This document shows, in pieces, positions 14,748 to 23,083 of a DNA stretch of 32,000 bases. Numbering within the stretch: the stretch's first letter is position 1; every line of letters starts with the position of its first letter. Made by a program: the position numbers and the translations under genes. The notes beneath the pieces are model-generated. The model was not told the DNA's origin. It made no database searches and saw nothing but the letters and a program-made list of their open reading frames with translations. Source of the DNA: Geotalea daltonii FRC-32 (GTDB lineage Bacteria; Desulfobacterota; Desulfuromonadia; Geobacterales; Geobacteraceae); the NCBI RefSeq assembly GCF_000022265.1, contig NC_011979.1, positions 4,020,001 through 4,052,000 of the forward strand, read 5' to 3'.

Positions 14748-16562
14748 TTATGTTTCTATCTTTTTTCTTTTCATGTTTTTCTGGCGAAAAGCAAGGTCAT
14801 CTCGTCCACCAAAAAGCTCGCCAGATGCAGATTCACGGTTACACGCCTGCAGTGCCTGGATCACGTTTTTTCTTTCCTCTGCCACATGGGAAAGGAGCAA
14901 AGATTTCTGCAGCCTCTTTTCCTTGTCGCTCTTTGCCACATAGACTGCATTACCGGTAAAAGGATCAATCCCCGTATGATAGATACAGGTCGACAATGTG
15001 CCTGGTGAGGGGGTGAAATCCTGTACCTGCTCGACCTTCAATCCGTTTCTTTTAAGAAAAAGCGCCAGATCAACCATGTCTGACATAGTGCTTCCAGGAT
15101 GGCCCGAGATAAAATAAGGTATTACATATTGTTTTTTGCCGGCACAGGAACTTTCCTCTCTGAAACTGGCAAGGAACTTTTCAAATGCCCCGCTACCCGG
15201 CTTACGCATCAGGTCGGTTACCTTTTTAGAAACATGCTCTGGCGCGACCTTCAACAACCCGCCCACATGATAGCGCAACAGCTCCGTAAAGTAGGACTTT
15301 TGGAAGGCTAAGAGATCATAGCGAATGCCGGAGGAAACCACCGTATGCTTTATTCCTTCAAGTTTCCTGATTTTGGCCAGCAGGGCTGCTGCCCGTTTGT
15401 CCGACATATACAGATTTCTGCAGGGAACGGGATAGAGACAGCTTTCACGTCGGCAGGAAGCCTCAGCTGAGGGATTGCCACACCTCAAACCGTACATGTT
15501 CGCTGTTGGTCCGCCAATGTCGCTGATACTCCCCTTGAACCACCTCAATGAGGAAAGCTTGGTTATTTCCTGAAGAATGGACGCTTCACTGCGGGACTGA
15601 ATCGCCTTGCCCTGGTGATGGGTGATGGCGCAGAAGGCACACCCGCCAAAGCAACCACGGTGGGTAGTAATAGAAGCTCTTATCTGTTCGTAGGCAGGAA
15701 TGGTTTCTTTGTACGAAGGATGGGGCGCTTTCATAAAAGGAAGCGCATAAACCAAGTCCATGACTTCCTCCGAAAGGGGAAGAGCAGGTGGATTACATAT
15801 CAGGTACCGGTTATCATGCTTCTGGCAAAGTTTCTTGCCACAGAACGGATTTTGTTCCAGAGAAATAAGCCGGAAAGCCTCGTTGAATTTTGCCGGTTCA
15901 GCATTTACCCCTGAAAAAGCTGGAATTTCGCTAACAGGACCATCGCCAGGAATAGCATTGGAAATAAAGGCCGTTCCGCGGATATCCGTTAGAGAAGTGA
16001 ACGCCTCGCCGTTACGCAATCTTGTAGCCAACTCCAGCATGGGGGTCTCACCCATACCGTAAATAAGCAAATCTGCCTTGGCATCAAAAATGATGGAGCG
16101 GCGCACCTTGTCTTCCCAGAAATCATAATGGGCAAAGCGGCGAAGAGATGCTTCAATGCCGCCGATGACGATCGGCACATGGCGAAAGGCTTCCCTCAGG
16201 CGAGAACTGTAAACGATAGTGGCACGGTTGGGCCGCGCCCCATGCCTGTTGCCGGGAGTATAGGCATCATCATGGCGAAGCTTCCGTGCCGGAGTGTAAT
16301 GGGCGACCATGGAATCCATGGCTCCTGCCGAGACAGCAAAAAACAGGCGAGGGGCACCAAGCGTCATGAAAGCATCTTTCGAATGCCAATCCGGCTGGGG
16401 AATTATCCCTACTCTGAACCCATGAAATTCAAGCCAGCGGGCAAGGAGAGGTATGCCGAACGAAGGATGGTCGATGTAGGCATCGCCGCTGACAAAGATA
16501 ACATCAAGCTCGTCCCAGCCCCGCTTTTTCATATCTTCCCTTGAGATGGGGAGAAAAGACAT
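14748..16562 (-). CDS. ygiQ: YgiQ-family (UPF0313) radical SAM protein
   Basis: 604-aa ORF. The N-terminus [36 protein letters not shown] is typical of YgiQ. It carries a CFGGCAFC (CxxxCxxC) radical SAM cluster motif. Confidence 0.85.
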   Translation of the reverse strand: MSFLPISREDMKKRGWDELDVIFVSGDAYIDHPSFGIPLLARWLEFHGFRVGIIPQPDWHSKDAFMTLGAPRLFFAVSAGAMDSMVAHYTPARKLRHDDAYTPGNRHGARPNRATIVYSSRLREAFRHVPIVIGGIEASLRRFAHYDFWEDKVRRSIIFDAKADLLIYGMGETPMLELATRLRNGEAFTSLTDIRGTAFISNAIPGDGPVSEIPAFSGVNAEPAKFNEAFRLISLEQNPFCGKKLCQKHDNRYLICNPPALPLSEEVMDLVYALPFMKAPHPSYKETIPAYEQIRASITTHRGCFGGCAFCAITHHQGKAIQSRSEASILQEITKLSSLRWFKGSISDIGGPTANMYGLRCGNPSAEASCRRESCLYPVPCRNLYMSDKRAAALLAKIRKLEGIKHTVVSSGIRYDLLAFQKSYFTELLRYHVGGLLKVAPEHVSKKVTDLMRKPGSGAFEKFLASFREESSCAGKKQYVIPYFISGHPGSTMSDMVDLALFLKRNGLKVEQVQDFTPSPGTLSTCIYHTGIDPFTGNAVYVAKSDKEKRLQKSLLLSHVAEERKNVIQALQACNRESASGELFGGRDDLAFRQKNMKRKKIET

Positions 16563-16623
16563 CTACCGCAGATCCTTTTTCAACGGGCTTCCCGTGAAAC
16601 CAGCCCGCCAAAGCAACAAGTAT

Positions 16624-17664
16624 TTATGGAAACAGCCCCAGAGACTCCAGACCAAGGTTCTCCGGAAAGCCGTTCATAATGTTCATATTTTGTATGGCCT
16701 GACCGGAGGCACCCTTTATGAGATTATCGATGGCCGAAACAATGACAATCCTGCCAGTCCTCTTATCGACCGTCAATCCGATGTCACAGAAGTTAGAGCC
16801 ACGAACGAAGGCGGTGGACGGAAAATTATTTTCAGGCAACACCCGCACAAAGGCCTCGCCGTGGTAAAAATCCCGATATAACTCAACAAGTCCGGCCAAA
16901 GAGACTTCGCCTGCAGGTTCGGCATAAATAGTTGAGAGGATGCCACGGTCCATGGGAACCAGGTGGGGAGTAAAGGTAATGGTCAGCTGTTTCCCTGCAA
17001 GAAGGGAAAGCTCCTGCTCAATTTCGGGGATATGGCGATGAACCCCGCCGACTCCATAGGCCTTGAACCCATCGTTAACTTCGCAGTACAGATTGTCCAC
17101 CTTGGCACTGCGCCCTGCCCCACTGACCCCCGATTTCGCATCGGCAATAATGGTGGCAGGATTTACGAGTTTCTTTTTCAGGAGCGGCGCCAGTCCGAGA
17201 ATGATGCTGGTCGGGTAACACCCCGGATTGGCGACCAGGTCTGCCTCGGCAATTTTTTCCCGCCGCAGTTCCGGCAGGCCGTATATCGCCTCTTTCAAAA
17301 GTTCAGGATTCATGTGAGGCTCATACCATGCCGCGTACTCCCTGGCATCATGCAGACGATAATCCGCTGAAAGATCCACCACCCGCTTGCCAAGCTTCAG
17401 GAATGTGGGAACCACTTCCATGGCCGCCTTGTGTGGCAGTGCAGTGAATATGAAATCGGCCCGCTCAGCAATCCGCACCGGTTCCAGGTTCTCCAGCACC
17501 AAATTGTAGCGGCTGCGCAAGGTGGGAAATATTTCAGCCACATTTTTACCGGCGCTTTGCTCCGATGTCACACAGGTAACGGAAACCTCGGGGTGTCCGT
17601 GAAGCAGCCGTAACAGCTCAATGCCCGTATAACCGCTGGCACCTACAATTGCAACCTTCAACAT
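16624..17664 (-). CDS. argC: N-acetyl-gamma-glutamyl-phosphate reductase
   Basis: 346-aa ORF with a Rossmann N-terminus ([21 protein letters not shown]) and the active-site motif NPGCYPTS. Confidence 0.95.
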   Translation of the reverse strand: MLKVAIVGASGYTGIELLRLLHGHPEVSVTCVTSEQSAGKNVAEIFPTLRSRYNLVLENLEPVRIAERADFIFTALPHKAAMEVVPTFLKLGKRVVDLSADYRLHDAREYAAWYEPHMNPELLKEAIYGLPELRREKIAEADLVANPGCYPTSIILGLAPLLKKKLVNPATIIADAKSGVSGAGRSAKVDNLYCEVNDGFKAYGVGGVHRHIPEIEQELSLLAGKQLTITFTPHLVPMDRGILSTIYAEPAGEVSLAGLVELYRDFYHGEAFVRVLPENNFPSTAFVRGSNFCDIGLTVDKRTGRIVIVSAIDNLIKGASGQAIQNMNIMNGFPENLGLESLGLFP

Positions 17665-17698
17665 GTGGTTACCTCCTTAATGAATTGAACCCGTCAAT

Positions 17699-17732
17699 GA
17701 AAAAAGGGGAAAATCCTTCCTGGATTTTCCCC
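17699..17732 (-). terminator. Rho-independent terminator after rpsI
   Basis: Minus strand reads GGGGAAAATCC-AGGAA-GGATTTTCCCC, an 11-bp perfect stem, followed by TTTTTTCATT. It starts about 40 nt after the rpsI stop. Confidence 0.8.
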
Positions 17733-17771
17733 TTGATAGCATTATTTTGTTGTAGCGAAGAACAGCTCCGA

Positions 17772-18164
17772 TTAACGCTTGGAGAACTGGAAGCTGGCAC
17801 GGGCAGATTTCTTGCCGTATTTCTTACGCTCTTTTATGCGTGAATCGCGGGTAACAAAACCAGCCTTTTTCAACGGGGTGCGCAGCGCCGCATCAACTTC
17901 AAGCAGAGCCTTGGTAATGCCGTGCTTGATGGCGCCGGCCTGGCCGGAGTCTCCACCACCGCTGACGGTCACGTAGATATCGAACTTGCCCAGGTTCTCG
18001 GTCAGCTCAAGGGGCTGCTTGACAACCATCTTGGAAGTTTCCCTACCGAAGTATTCATCGAGGGTCTTGTGATTGACTGTTATGACGCCTGTTCCCGGCT
18101 TCAACCACACCCTGGCGATGGAGGATTTCCTTTTCCCTGTTCCGTAAAAGCTTGCTGCTGCCAT
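17772..18164 (-). CDS. rpsI: 30S ribosomal protein S9
   Basis: I chose the start [15 protein letters not shown]... (ATG 18162-18164) because AGGAGA lies 7 nt upstream. The track's start at 18194 would add a non-conserved extension. The C-terminus ...[17 protein letters not shown] is canonical S9. Confidence 0.95.
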   Translation of the reverse strand: MAAASFYGTGKRKSSIARVWLKPGTGVITVNHKTLDEYFGRETSKMVVKQPLELTENLGKFDIYVTVSGGGDSGQAGAIKHGITKALLEVDAALRTPLKKAGFVTRDSRIKERKKYGKKSARASFQFSKR

Positions 18165-18198
18165 TTTTCTATCTCCTGATCTCAATAGAATCAAAAAT

Positions 18199-18630
18199 TT
18201 ATATGCTCAGTGCCTTGGGCTGCTGGGCCGCATGGGGATGGTCCGTTCCGGTATAGATCTTCAGCTTCTTGATCATATGGCGGGCCAGCTTGTTTTTCGG
18301 CAACATGCCCTTAACAGCTTTCTTGATGAGGTCTTCAGGCTTCTTCTCCAGCAGTTTGCCGGCAGAAATCTCCTTGAGTCCACCGGGGAATCCGGAGTGG
18401 CTGTAATAGATCTTGTCTGCATTCTTGTTGCCGGTAAGCTGAATCTTATCGGCATTGACAACGATCACGAAATCGCCGGTATCAACGCTGGGCGTAAATG
18501 TAGGCTTGTTCTTACCGCGAAGCACATTGGCTATTTCGGTAGCGATCCTGCCGAGAACCTTATTATCAGCATCGACCAGATACCAATTCCTGGTCACTTC
18601 ATCTTTTTTCGCAACTTGCGTAGTCTTCAT
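18199..18630 (-). CDS. rplM: 50S ribosomal protein L13
   Basis: 143-aa ORF with WYLVDA.....LGR.A..IA..LRGK.KP.FTP motifs. It is the first gene of the rplM-rpsI pair. Confidence 0.96.
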   Translation of the reverse strand: MKTTQVAKKDEVTRNWYLVDADNKVLGRIATEIANVLRGKNKPTFTPSVDTGDFVIVVNADKIQLTGNKNADKIYYSHSGFPGGLKEISAGKLLEKKPEDLIKKAVKGMLPKNKLARHMIKKLKIYTGTDHPHAAQQPKALSI

Positions 18631-18683
18631 CTAACCCTCACAACTGGCTGAAATTTATTCATACTGGATCACAGAAAGTTCGT

Positions 18684-18712
18684 AACATAATACATCAGCC
18701 GGACACTGTCAA
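18684..18712 (-). promoter_or_regulatory. Candidate sigma70 promoter of rplM-rpsI
   Basis: Minus strand reads TTGACA (18707-18712), a 17-nt spacer, then TATGTT (18684-18689). It lies in the truA-rplM spacer. Confidence 0.4.
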
Positions 18713-18738
18713 GAAAAATTCTGTGGTCTTCGCAGAGA

Positions 18739-19473
18739 TCAATAAAAGACTTCCATGAGACAGAGTCCTTGCGGCGGTGCGGTGATGCCGGATGCAGACC
18801 GGTCTCCTCCGGCAAGCAACCCGGGAATGGCAGATGGGTCCAGCTTACCCTGCCCCACGGCGACCAAGGTGCCAGCAATGACCCTGACCATGTTTTTCAA
18901 AAATCCTGAGCCATGCACATCTATGATGACAGAGTCGCCTACTTTGGCAACCGAAACATGGAACATTCGGCGGATAGTTGTTTTTGCCACACAGTTTGAC
19001 GCCCGGAACGCTGCAAAATCATGCTCACCGACAAAATGGGAAGCGCCCAGCTGCATCAATTCCATATTCAGTATGCCCCGCAGATGCCAGGAGTTGAGCC
19101 GTGTCAGGGGAGAGCGCCGCTTACTGTTATAAATGGTGTACCGATAATGCTTGCTGATTGCATCGGCACGGGGGTTGAAAGAAAGCGGCACCTCGGAGGC
19201 ATCCCTGATGGCGATATCTGGAGGGAGAAGGCAATTGAGGCCATCGGAAAAGGCACGGACAGGCAGATCCTTTTGCGTTTTAAAAACCGCCACCATCCCC
19301 AGTGCATGAACCCCGGCATCGGTACGACCTGAGGATTGCAGCCGAACCGATTGCCCCAGCATCTTCTCCAGGGACTCTTCAATTACCTGCTGAATAGTTA
19401 TGCCATTGGGCTGCAACTGCCATCCGCAGTAGGCGGTACCGTCATATTCTATGATAAGCTTTATATTACGCAT
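18739..19473 (-). CDS. truA: tRNA pseudouridine(38-40) synthase TruA
   Basis: 244-aa ORF reading MRNIKLIIEYDGTAYCGWQLQPNG.TIQ..IE..L, with the catalytic-Asp region GRTDAGVHA. Confidence 0.94.
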   Translation of the reverse strand: MRNIKLIIEYDGTAYCGWQLQPNGITIQQVIEESLEKMLGQSVRLQSSGRTDAGVHALGMVAVFKTQKDLPVRAFSDGLNCLLPPDIAIRDASEVPLSFNPRADAISKHYRYTIYNSKRRSPLTRLNSWHLRGILNMELMQLGASHFVGEHDFAAFRASNCVAKTTIRRMFHVSVAKVGDSVIIDVHGSGFLKNMVRVIAGTLVAVGQGKLDPSAIPGLLAGGDRSASGITAPPQGLCLMEVFY

Positions 19474-19484
19474 GAACGAAGGGC

Positions 19485-19513
19485 ACTATAGCAGAAATTC
19501 GAATGGAAACCAA
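19485..19513 (-). promoter_or_regulatory. Candidate promoter just upstream of truA (would give a near-leaderless mRNA)
   Basis: Minus strand reads TTGGTT (19508-19513), a 17-nt spacer, then TATAGT (19485-19490). The -10 ends only 11 nt before the truA ATG, and no Shine-Dalgarno is visible there. Confidence 0.3.
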
Positions 19514-19562
19514 CAGGGGATGGTGTATATCATTTTTTTGCACATGCCAGACCCGCTAAAAT

Positions 19563-20990
19563 TTATATTGGCAAACTTAAACTGGCACGCAAGCCTTTAT
19601 CCGGCAGATTGTCAAGCTGGATGCCACCCCCGTGAAGAATGGCGACTTCTCTCACGAAGTTGAGGCCCAGGCCAGTGCTCTTCTTGCCGGTGTCGGGGCG
19701 TTGCAGGGAAAAGAACCTATTGAATATCTTATCCCTGCAATACTCGGGAATTCCGGGGCCCTCATCATCGACCACAATAACAAGAGCTCCTTCAGCAACA
19801 GTTGCGGTTATCGCAATGGTTCCCCCTGAGGGGCTGAAATCAATGGCGTTCTGAACTATATTGGAAACAGCCTGGTGAAGTAGAAACAGATCCCCTGGTA
19901 CGCTGGCACCCTCATCCACATGAAATGCAATTTGCAGCCCCTTGCGTGACAGGATAGGACCCTTGCTTTCCAGCACAGCGGTGAGAAGCCCATTAAGACA
20001 AACGGGCTCCACATTTTGCAGGGTCTTTCTTGCCTCAAGTTCGGACAGCTTAAGCATGCGGTCCACCAGGTCCTGGATCCGGTTGGCCTCGGTACGGATG
20101 TTGGAAAGGAACAGCTGCCGCTTCTCCGTCGGCATCTGCTCATCCAGAAGTTCCGCCGCTCCTTTGATGGCAGAAAGAGGACTCTTTATTTCATGGGTAA
20201 GGGTCTGGACGTACCGTTCCACATATTTTTTCCCTTCCAGGGCCTCACGCATATCTTCCAGAGCCAGGCCCATATCCCGCAATTCCGTGCGCCCCAACGG
20301 GGGAAGCCTCGGCCTTTTCCCATCGCGGATCTTATTGGCATACCTGGTGAGTCTTTTGATGGGATGGGTCAGCCACAAAGATACGACAAAAGAAAGGGCA
20401 ATAGCCGACGCCGCTGCAAGGTACCAGAGCTTGAGGATTCTGGGTCTTTCGCTGTTGACAAAGGCATTGATGTTGGTGGTCGGTTTGGCCACCGTCACTA
20501 CTCCTGCATTTTTCCCATGAATGATGATAGGTGCTGCAACAAACAGTATGGACGTCCTGGGGTCCTTAGGATCCAGGCGAGTAGTCCTTGTGCCGTATTC
20601 CCCTTTCAGTGTCAGGGAAACGTCCCGCCACCTGGAGTAATCCGCGCCGACGTTCTTGGGTTCCAGTGAATCGAAGATCACTTTTCCCGAAGGGTCGGTG
20701 ATGTATATGCGAAGGTCCACACGCTTCTTCTGGAATCCATAAATGCGCGCTGTAAGGGAGCGGGAATAGGCGTGATCAAAAGCCTTGTACAGATCCTGCG
20801 GATTAAAGCGTCCGGTCTCCATCTGCGTTCCCACCATGGCCGCCAGCAGCGTGGCGTGGTCCGCAAGGGGATCTTCCACGCTTTCCAGAAAAAATGTCCT
20901 CAGGTCCTTGAAGAATTGGCTGGCCGGGTATGAAAAGCAGATGACTGAGATAAGGAGGTAGGCGAGAAAAATCCGTGCTGCCAGCTTCAT
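19563..20990 (-). CDS. Sensor histidine kinase, CreC-like
   Basis: 475-aa ORF with two TM helices bracketing a sensor domain of about 170 aa. It has an H-box (THEIKSPLSAIKGAAELL) and HATPase N/G boxes (NAIDFSP..., DEGPGIP, GLGLNFV). The sensor segment ADYSRWRDVSLTLKGEYGTRTT and the region around the H-box closely resemble E. coli CreC as I recall it. The start overlaps the response-regulator stop by 4 nt (ATGA). Confidence 0.85.
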   Translation of the reverse strand: MKLAARIFLAYLLISVICFSYPASQFFKDLRTFFLESVEDPLADHATLLAAMVGTQMETGRFNPQDLYKAFDHAYSRSLTARIYGFQKKRVDLRIYITDPSGKVIFDSLEPKNVGADYSRWRDVSLTLKGEYGTRTTRLDPKDPRTSILFVAAPIIIHGKNAGVVTVAKPTTNINAFVNSERPRILKLWYLAAASAIALSFVVSLWLTHPIKRLTRYANKIRDGKRPRLPPLGRTELRDMGLALEDMREALEGKKYVERYVQTLTHEIKSPLSAIKGAAELLDEQMPTEKRQLFLSNIRTEANRIQDLVDRMLKLSELEARKTLQNVEPVCLNGLLTAVLESKGPILSRKGLQIAFHVDEGASVPGDLFLLHQAVSNIVQNAIDFSPSGGTIAITATVAEGALVIVVDDEGPGIPEYCRDKIFNRFFSLQRPDTGKKSTGLGLNFVREVAILHGGGIQLDNLPDKGLRASLSLPI

Positions 20991-21667
20991 AGGTCTTCCC
21001 TCAGGGCATACCCTGTTCCCCGATAGGTTACAATAGGGTCTTTGCCTGGCTCAATTGTTCTCAGTTTCGCTCTGATGTTTTTTATATGGGCGTCAATGGT
21101 CCGGTCAAGACTGCAGTCAGGATGCTCCCAGACGATCTGCATAAGCTGATCCCGGGAAAAAACATGACCGGGCCGTCGGATGAAGGTCTTGAGGATGTCG
21201 AACTCATAGCGGGAGAGATCCAAGACCCTGCCAAGATAGGAAATCTGGCGTTTCGACTCATTCACTGCGAATGTCCCGGTACATGGAGAAGGCTTGTTGC
21301 CTGTGCCGGTCCTTCTCAACACAGCCTTGACCCTGGCCGACACCTCCCTGGGGCTGAAAGGTTTGGTAATGTAATCGTCGGCGCCGATCTCCAGGCCAAC
21401 AATCCGGTCGATCTCATCGGCGCGGGCGGTAAGAAAAATGATTGGGACGGAACGAAGTTGCCGTATCTGTTTGCACAGTTCGAATCCGCTCATGTCCGGC
21501 AGGCCGACATCGAGAATGATGAGATCGACAGCATGATCCGCCAGCGAAGAAACAACCTGTGTCCCTGATGGAAAACAGAGCGTCTCGAATCCCTCTGTTT
21601 CAAGGGCATATTGAATAGCGTCGACAATTCCAGGTTCGTCCTCGACGATCATTATTCGCGGCTTCAT
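20987..21667 (-). CDS. OmpR/PhoB-family response regulator, CreB-like
   Basis: 226-aa ORF. The receiver domain reads IMIVEDEPGI...LIILDVGLPDMSGFELC, and the winged-helix output reads LSRYEFDILKTF...DRTIDAHIKNIRAKLR...YRGTGYAL. Several blocks match E. coli CreB as I recall it. Confidence 0.88.
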   Translation of the reverse strand: MKPRIMIVEDEPGIVDAIQYALETEGFETLCFPSGTQVVSSLADHAVDLIILDVGLPDMSGFELCKQIRQLRSVPIIFLTARADEIDRIVGLEIGADDYITKPFSPREVSARVKAVLRRTGTGNKPSPCTGTFAVNESKRQISYLGRVLDLSRYEFDILKTFIRRPGHVFSRDQLMQIVWEHPDCSLDRTIDAHIKNIRAKLRTIEPGKDPIVTYRGTGYALREDL

Positions 21668-21712
21668 GATGGTTTGCCCCCTCCAGATCTGCGAAAAACT
21701 TCAATCTGATCC

Positions 21713-23083
21713 TCAGCTTGCTCTTTTCTCTTTTGTTTCCCTGATTATGTCAATCTTTTTCTTCAGCAGGTTGAGGACAAGCCAGCCCAGAAAAATACAG
21801 AGGGTTGCAACCAGCACGAAAACCGAGTGTTCCAGATACCGCGGCCCATATCGGTGGAGGGAGCCGTTCAGCAGGGGCATGAAGACGGAGATTGCAAGGT
21901 ACCAGGCGAAGGGAGCAAATACGACATTGGAAACGGACTGAATTTCTGAGGCTATCGCGGTCTCGGCAGCGGAAGATTTTTTACGGCAAAGGCGGCCGAC
22001 CATCCGTTCCGCCGCCAGATAGGTGATTACCAGGATCGGCACATATATCAGCATCCCCGCCAGCCTGTGGACCCGTTCCGGTGTGGCCCATTCGCCATAG
22101 ATGTCTGCCCGGTACAAATAGATGGAGATCATAATCCTGAAACTGTTGCCCAAGAGTGTCACCAGATAGGCCGAAATAATGCTGATGACAAGCCAGGCCC
22201 ATTTCTTCATTGGGTTGTCCAATCGGGAAACGAGGGTAAAGAAGATGGTGGCAAAACAGATAATGAAAAAATTAACTCCCGCACAGGCCGGGGCAATGAC
22301 GACGCGGCTGGCAAGGCTGACAAAACCGACGGCAGGATCGTACTGGAACTGGATGCCGGTGATGAGCTCCACCAAAAAGGCAAGGGGTTGCAGAACCCAG
22401 ACCAGATCGTCTACTCCTGCTGTGCTGTAAAAGCCCTTGAGGGACAAAATCACTATCATGCCCAACCCATACAAAGGGAGGTTCTTCCTCGTTACCCCTT
22501 TGTCCGTCCGCCGCCGTCTGTTTCTTTGCCAGTTCCGCCAACACGACAGTACCCGCTTCACTGGCCCCTTGCCGAAACAGTTGACCATAAAGGAGAGAAA
22601 AACGATCCGGCTGTCGAGGAAGAGGCTGTAGGAGCCTGCATACCTGTCGTCAAAAAATCTGCTGACGCTTCGCCCTTTGCCGGCAAAGAGTTGCGCCAGC
22701 CCCGTCATGCCGGGTTTGCACCGCCAGCGGCCCAAGGCGGGATCCTGCCAGTCAAGGCGCGTCACATCCTCCATAGTCATCGGACGAGGCCCGACCATGG
22801 ACATGGAGCCCCCGAGGACATTGAAAAACTGCAACAGTTCGTCAAGCCCTGTTGCCCGGATCCATCCCCCGACCCTCGTCACCCGTCCTTCCCGCATGCT
22901 TCGAAACTTGTAGATGCGAAACATGCGCATTTCTTTTCCAAGCCTCTCCTGCACAAAAAGAACCGGTCCTCCATCTTCGAGAAGAATCAGCAGGGTAACA
23001 ACGAAAAAGACAGGGAGAAAGACAACCAGGCCAATGGATGCAGCGACCATGTCAAAGATGCGTTTTATGGGATTCTGTTTCAT
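21713..23083 (-). CDS. Fusion protein: small PglC-like polyprenyl-phosphate sugar phosphotransferase (aa ~1-175) plus an exosortase/archaeosortase-family polytopic domain (aa ~200-445)
   Basis: The N-terminal half carries Bac_transf hallmarks. These are a re-entrant helix with Pro (LVVFLPVFFVVTLLILL), GGPVLF.QER.G, FRIYKFRSM, the GLDELLQFFNVL Asp-Glu dyad, MVGPRP and KPGMTGLAQ. A highly basic linker (WRNWQRNRRRRTDKGVTRK) follows, then about 7 TM helices. These carry the three exosortase signature residues in order and context: APAC267AG (22283-22285), GNSFR316I (22136-22138) and RVH339RLAG (22067-22069). Called by motif, with no HMM run. The start overlaps the upstream radical SAM stop (ATGA). 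Confidence 0.75.
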   Translation of the reverse strand: MKQNPIKRIFDMVAASIGLVVFLPVFFVVTLLILLEDGGPVLFVQERLGKEMRMFRIYKFRSMREGRVTRVGGWIRATGLDELLQFFNVLGGSMSMVGPRPMTMEDVTRLDWQDPALGRWRCKPGMTGLAQLFAGKGRSVSRFFDDRYAGSYSLFLDSRIVFLSFMVNCFGKGPVKRVLSCWRNWQRNRRRRTDKGVTRKNLPLYGLGMIVILSLKGFYSTAGVDDLVWVLQPLAFLVELITGIQFQYDPAVGFVSLASRVVIAPACAGVNFFIICFATIFFTLVSRLDNPMKKWAWLVISIISAYLVTLLGNSFRIMISIYLYRADIYGEWATPERVHRLAGMLIYVPILVITYLAAERMVGRLCRKKSSAAETAIASEIQSVSNVVFAPFAWYLAISVFMPLLNGSLHRYGPRYLEHSVFVLVATLCIFLGWLVLNLLKKKIDIIRETKEKRAS

